A stretch of 63,354 nt of DNA, counting the filler, from Folioceros fuciformis (taxonomy: Eukaryota): assembly GCA_049999805.1 (NCBI GenBank). It is 17 parts of 17 records of this genome, joined end to end, with 100 filler letters (N's around TTAATTAATTAA, not from the genome) between each part and the next. Parts side by side here need not be neighbours in the genome. Positions count along the whole stretch, not along the records: positions 50,029 to 61,328 come from JBNGIO010000282.1; positions 61,429 to 63,354 come from JBNGIO010000283.1; 15 more parts are not named here. The stretch is one strand, 5' to 3'. Below, one piece after another: positions 58,171-63,354 of the stretch. The position numbers and the translations under genes are program-made. Below the pieces are notes generated by a model. It saw only the letters and a list, made by a program, of their open reading frames with translations. It did not search any database and was not told the DNA's origin. The stretch's first letter is position 1; every line of letters begins with the position of its first letter.

Positions 58171-59699
58171 AATTGAGGAAGTTAGATGACAGATCGAAAT
58201 AACAACATCTGAAATAATACGGATCTTTCTAGAGAAAAAGTGCTTTGCTTCAAATCCAAAAAACTTTTGCACGTTTTTGCCCAATTCACGATTGTTTGCA
58301 TGATTTGGGACGGGTGAATTGCTTTTAATTGCTCTAAACAAATGCGGCCATCAAACGTTCCACATGTGTGTGTACAACAACTTGTTGATAAATAGGATGC
58401 ATACGATGCAGGAGTTCATTCCTATTTGTATCGCTAAAGGATCCTTTCATTTCAGCATGTCTCAAGTTCTCTACAAACCTTCGATTTCACCATTGTATTG
58501 GCATGGCACGCCCAAGTGCGCGCCATGCCCCTACATTATACTAAAAAAAGTATACATCACCCTAACTGAGCTACGGGCTTATGCTAGTACTTTCTTCTTT
58601 TTCTTCTTCCTCAATAACCGCTTTGGGCTTTCATCAAACATGTCGGCTAACGCACCCTCCACTAGGTGGGTTCCTTGCAAACGTGCTCTTGTTCTCCTTG
58701 CGATTGGCATGGAGGTTGATATACGGGGACTCCCGGCATCCGCCACACCAGCATGATCAATGATCGCATGGTCATCCATAACATCTTGTTCTCCAAGCGG
58801 TGGTTGACACCTACCTAACTCACACATTGCTCCTCCACCGTCCAAAGCTTGCTCTCCAAGACTCTCTTAGTTCAGCATTTGTTGATGTGTGTTGCTACCC
58901 TAGAGGAACCTGCAACATAGGCCTAGTTCATTGGCAGATTGCGCGAAAGCTCAAAAGCAGAGGTACGCTGAAGCATGGAGCAGACTTGCAGGGTCCCGGA
59001 GGACTCCTACGAGTGTACCACCTCGTAAGGCGGACCCTGTCCGGTAGGCCGGAGCTGGCAGAGGCGGGGTGTGGTGCAGAGGGTGAGCGGGAGTAGAGGT
59101 CGTAAAGTAAGAGTGCGAAATAGAAGGGGTGTAGGAGGATGCATTGGTCCGGGTATTTACCTCAAGGCGTTCCTGATTAATCGTTGCAGCAAAGTCCACC
59201 AGGTTTGTCCCTCGAACGTCGAAGTCATTCCATAGTCTCTTTTAAGAAGCACATATTCAATCGCCAGACTTGAGAAGGGACAAGACTCGCACACTAGAGA
59301 ATGAATCCAGTGAGGAGCAGTATTCCCTCAGCAACGGAAGGCGGGGAAGACACACCAAGGAGGGTAGGCGAGCGATTGGAAGGGGAAGAAAGGGACGGAC
59401 AGAGAGTCTGTATGTGAACTTTACACAATCTAAGGCCCCCTGCTAGGATAGTAGGTCCGCCCTTTATAGCAAAAACGGTCTCTCGGCTTGAGAGACATAC
59501 ATAAATGCAAAAATATTCTAAGACTTGCGCACGCTAGTCCTGCCAAGCAACAACTAGCTCGTCTTAATGAGCTGACAATGGAGTGGGCAATGTGGGGCCA
59601 AAGGAGGAATTCGCGGGAGATCTTCATGTTGGTGAGGCGGGTCCGAAGAAGATTCTGCCCCTCCAATTGCGATGGGCAGATGAGTAGAGCCGACTTGAG

Positions 59700-61328
59700 G
59701 GGATCGGACTAATATCTGGAGGTCCGGTGAGGAAGCTCCGACGACGGGGTGGTTAGGGCTACTTGGGGTTGTTCGTCCACTCGTGGGTGTTGGTCCTGCC
59801 AACACTGTTTCCGCTGTGTCGGTCAAAACCCGGAGTATCTTCCCATGGAAGAAAGTGTAACTGTCATCCAATTGTTGGATGGTGTCAACTACCTTGCTTC
59901 GGAGGGTCCTATACTCCGGCCGCCATCGGGCTTTCGGGAGCTCAGCGTGCTGAGCTGCAGCGATGTTGATGTGTCATTGGAGTTCTTCTAGGGCGACGGA
60001 GGTACCAGCCGCTAATTCCTGAAGACGAAGAGTGGACACCACCTCAGTTTGAGCCCGTAGCAGGGTGACTTCACGCTGGTCCTCCTGGACCTTGTAGTTT
60101 GCCAGTTGGGCCTGCAACTCCTCGACCTTGCTCCGAAAGCCATGTGCCCGGTCGATGAGTTGCTTCCTCTCCTGTTCCAAGTCCTCTCCATGACTTTGCA
60201 TGGTTTCGCGAGTCTGGGTGAGCTCCTCCTTCAGCATATGGAGCTCCTACTCAGCTGCCTTTTCAGCCACCTGCAAAGTCCACAATCGTGCCCGGATTTC
60301 CTCCGCTTGCTGCATGACCTTAGCCAACTTTTGAGAGGCCTCCTTCTCCAACTCAAGGGCCCAATTGCGCTCCTTTCGATATTGGTCCCTATCCGCATTG
60401 TGCTGGCGACAAGCGACTAGGGAGTCCGAGTCCTTCTTCTGCCATGTTTGCCGCTCCTCGGCATGTATGGCCTCCATCTCGGAGCGCGTCCTCTCCAAAC
60501 TCACCCTGAGCAGCTCCGAGTTGGTTCTCCAGGTCCGTGTGCCGGCTAGCGAGTTGGACCTTAAGTTCCGTGAGTTCTCGCAGGTAGCTGTCCTACTCCT
60601 CTCGATACTTGGCTGACTCCTCTAGCAGCTCAGTACTATGTCCAGCTGCCTTCTCTTTGAGGTCAAATAACTGAGTAGGCAGCTCAGTCATCCTCCTCTT
60701 AAGTCCTTCGGAGGGCAATGTTTTTGCCCTCCCATGCCGCCAATTGCACGAAGCACCATGCGAGTCCTTCTACTACGCTAGCCACAATTCCTTGGGCTGC
60801 TTGGTTGGCTCCCTCCAAGGTCACTTCGGTGTCAAACCAGTAGTTAGGAGGTAACCTGGCCCTCCCGAAAGACGTCATGATCGCCCTTCACATGGGCTCT
60901 AGGTCCTTGATGCCTCCATCGATCAAATCCTCCAGGACGACTGATCGTGGGAGGGCTTTCCTATGGTCCTCCTGTTCCTGGGCTGGAGTAGGAGTCGAAC
61001 GAGGAGCTGGAGGTGGGATCACTTCAGCGGGAGGTGGCCTGGGCGATTGTGGTCCCTTCCCCTTTTTTCGGCCTCTAGGTGAAGGAGGCTATTTGGCACC
61101 GGAAGGTCTAATGCCATGCTTTTTGTTGTAGTCCAGCTGGGCTGCCAAGTGGACCAGCTCCATCCGGTCTGCCTCTTCCCGAGTCTTGGGTGTAGGGCCG
61201 GTAGGTACCACGGGAACTAGGAGGTCTTCTGGCTCCGGACTAGAAGGGGGCGGGGCGCTTCGGATGGAAATCCTCCTTCCTGCAGTCGACATCGCCCAGA
61301 GCTGCCGTTTCTTGGGCTGGGGCCCCTG
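59700..61328 (-). pseudogene. Stop-disrupted Pro-rich plus long coiled-coil ORF, probably TE accessory
   Basis: Consecutive same-strand fragments rich in E/Q/K/R/L heptads, broken by stops. No introns or known domain recognised. Confidence 0.45.
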
Positions 61329-61428
61329 NNNNNNNNNNNNNNNNNNNNNNNNNNNNNNNNNNNNNNNNNNNNTTAATTAATTAANNNNNNNNNNNNNNNN
61401 NNNNNNNNNNNNNNNNNNNNNNNNNNNN

Positions 61429-63354
61429 GCAGAGGTTCCACTCATTCGTCTCCCTCACCGCCCGTTGTGGAGCAAGAACTCTTGGCTTCCCCTCCAGGGC
61501 CTTGCGCCTGCACAGCCCACCCAGACCTCTCCTGTCTTAGATGTGGATAGCGAGGGGACCTTACCGAGAGCAGGTCAACAATTGTTTGCTGCTTAGCAAG
61601 GCGCCAACAAGCCTCTTGTATACCCTCATCGGTCGGGATCATAGCTGCCATAAAGTCTGGTCTCCGGCAGTTAGGCGCTCTTAATTACGAGTGGCATCAG
61701 GTCCAAGAAAGCATCTCCATCAGATCTTAACTAAATATCATCCTAACATGCAATGAATTTTGGCCTATCCTACTACCACGCTCGCCTCCTACCCGGTCTT
61801 GGTGCACTCCTGCCCTAGCCGCCAAATCCCCACGCCCTCCTTCCTCGTCGTTGGTCAGGCAGGTCCTCCCATAAAACCTCTACCTTGCTCCCGCTGTCGC
61901 CTGACTTCTCTTGTTGAGGTGCTGGTGGGGCCCACCACGAAGTCCTTCCTTCACCACCCAGCCGCCTATTGCTGAGAACCATCACGAGTTCTTGCTCCAC
62001 CCATGTTTGTGCTTCCTCCTCCATCAGTTCCTCCAGGACTGCCTCCAAATAACAAGGGGGCAGTCCCCACACCTGGAAGCAGTGGGAGAAGCACCCCCGC
62101 GAGTCCTCAGTTGTAGGTAGTAAGCCATGGTCCCTCCTATTTCCACACGCACATGGACAATCACGTTAAGCACACGGTTCTCATTCACATAGAGGCCAGG
62201 AACATAAGTTTCCTCATCCAGATGCTGTAATACAATGTGGCCCCCTGTTACAGATGAGGTGCTTACGCCCTCCTGCCGTGGGCTATCCCAAACTGCCTGT
62301 CTTCTACTCTCCAGGGGTACTGGGAAGTCTTCTGCCCCTCCAGTCGCTGCTGTTGTCAATCCTGTCCTCCTGGCGCGGGTCGCTATCCCCACTCTTCTAG
62401 TCGCTGGCTCCTCGACCGTCGTTGCTTCCTCTACCCCTATAGGGCTGTCCCCTACCGGCGTGGATTCCCTCTAACCGGTAGTGGCTCCTGTCCCTCCCTC
62501 CCTTATTAATTTGAACCCTACCTCGGCTTACGACCGAGGTAGGGTTCAAAAGCACAAAAGCCACCTAGCTAGGCCCATGAGCTGGGCAGTTGCCATCTCC
62601 CGTGCTAGCCACCCATTAGCCTCCCTTCCGATTCCGGTCTTGAACAGCGCTACTGCTGCTGCTGTGGTGCTGAGCTTCCTTAGGGACTCGATTACGAGTC
62701 CCCCAGCTTCCTCCTAGTTCCGCCCATATACTGTTCTGACGAGCTCGACATCCTAGTCCTAGGGTCTATCCCTGGCCCCTTCCCCTTCGATCCTGTTCCG
62801 TGACCGGTGCGCACACTACTGCACGAAAACGGGGGTCACATGGTTCCACCTCTTGGTCATGAACCCGAGGCTGAGCTCTTCCACCAGCCCTCCAGCTCTG
62901 GCCTTCCAATGGTCCATGTTGGGCCAGAGAGCCACATCCACTTGAGGCACCGGCTCCGGCGCTGCATCTCTGGAGGTTGCCGCCGACGCCGAGTCCTCTA
63001 CATCGGGCTCCGCTCCGCCACCGCTGCCTTCCCCAGTACCTGTGTGCTCCGCTCTTCTTCAGGTTCGACCCAACGACTACCGCACTCAGGTTCTACCTCC
63101 GCCTTGTTCACTTGCCTGCACCTTGCCTCCTACCTGCCAGCTCCCCGACGCCGCTCCCACTATGGTTGCTCTCCACTTCGAAAATACTTCAGATCCCTCA
63201 GGTCCCACCTTAGGGTTTCTATTCGTCCGCGACGCTTCAGCTCCATCACCCTGCCAGGGTTCCGCTACCGGTTCCACCTTCCATGACGGTGACTTGTCTT
63301 CCCCTATCGTCGCTAAGTCATAACATTCCCTTGTTTCCGCCTAAGTCCACAACC
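61429..63354 (-). mobile_element. Second, internally deleted copy of the element at 23350-26230
   Basis: The reverse complement aligns by eye with 23350-24190 and 25360-26230. About 1.2 kb is missing at a hairpin (62510-62550). Confidence 0.8.

Overview
Eukaryotic, early-land-plant nuclear DNA, most likely hornwort (fern or lycophyte not excluded). The window is not continuous. It is 17 short contigs joined by an artificial 100-bp linker (44 N + TTAATTAATTAA + 44 N), so adjacency across gaps carries no meaning. Most of the sequence is decayed, nested transposon debris: an L1-like LINE, several Ty1/copia gag, integrase, RT and RNase H remnants with LTR, PBS and PPT signals, Ty3/gypsy-like fragments, a two-gene PIF/Harbinger element and a CRE-like endonuclease tail. 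Three host genes look intact: a 4-exon secreted pectate lyase, an 8-exon NT-C2/dilute-domain protein, and an intronless PLS-class PPR protein. The PPR gene is the highlight. Its deaminase is the variant DYW:KP type ending in GRP with an HAE motif, the class linked to reverse U-to-C organellar RNA editing. Its frame stays open upstream of the called Met and encodes a complete OSB/PTAC9-type PDF single-stranded-DNA-binding motif, i.e. an ssDNA-binding module fused to a candidate U-to-C editing factor. All family assignments come from motif recognition by eye; no searches were run.
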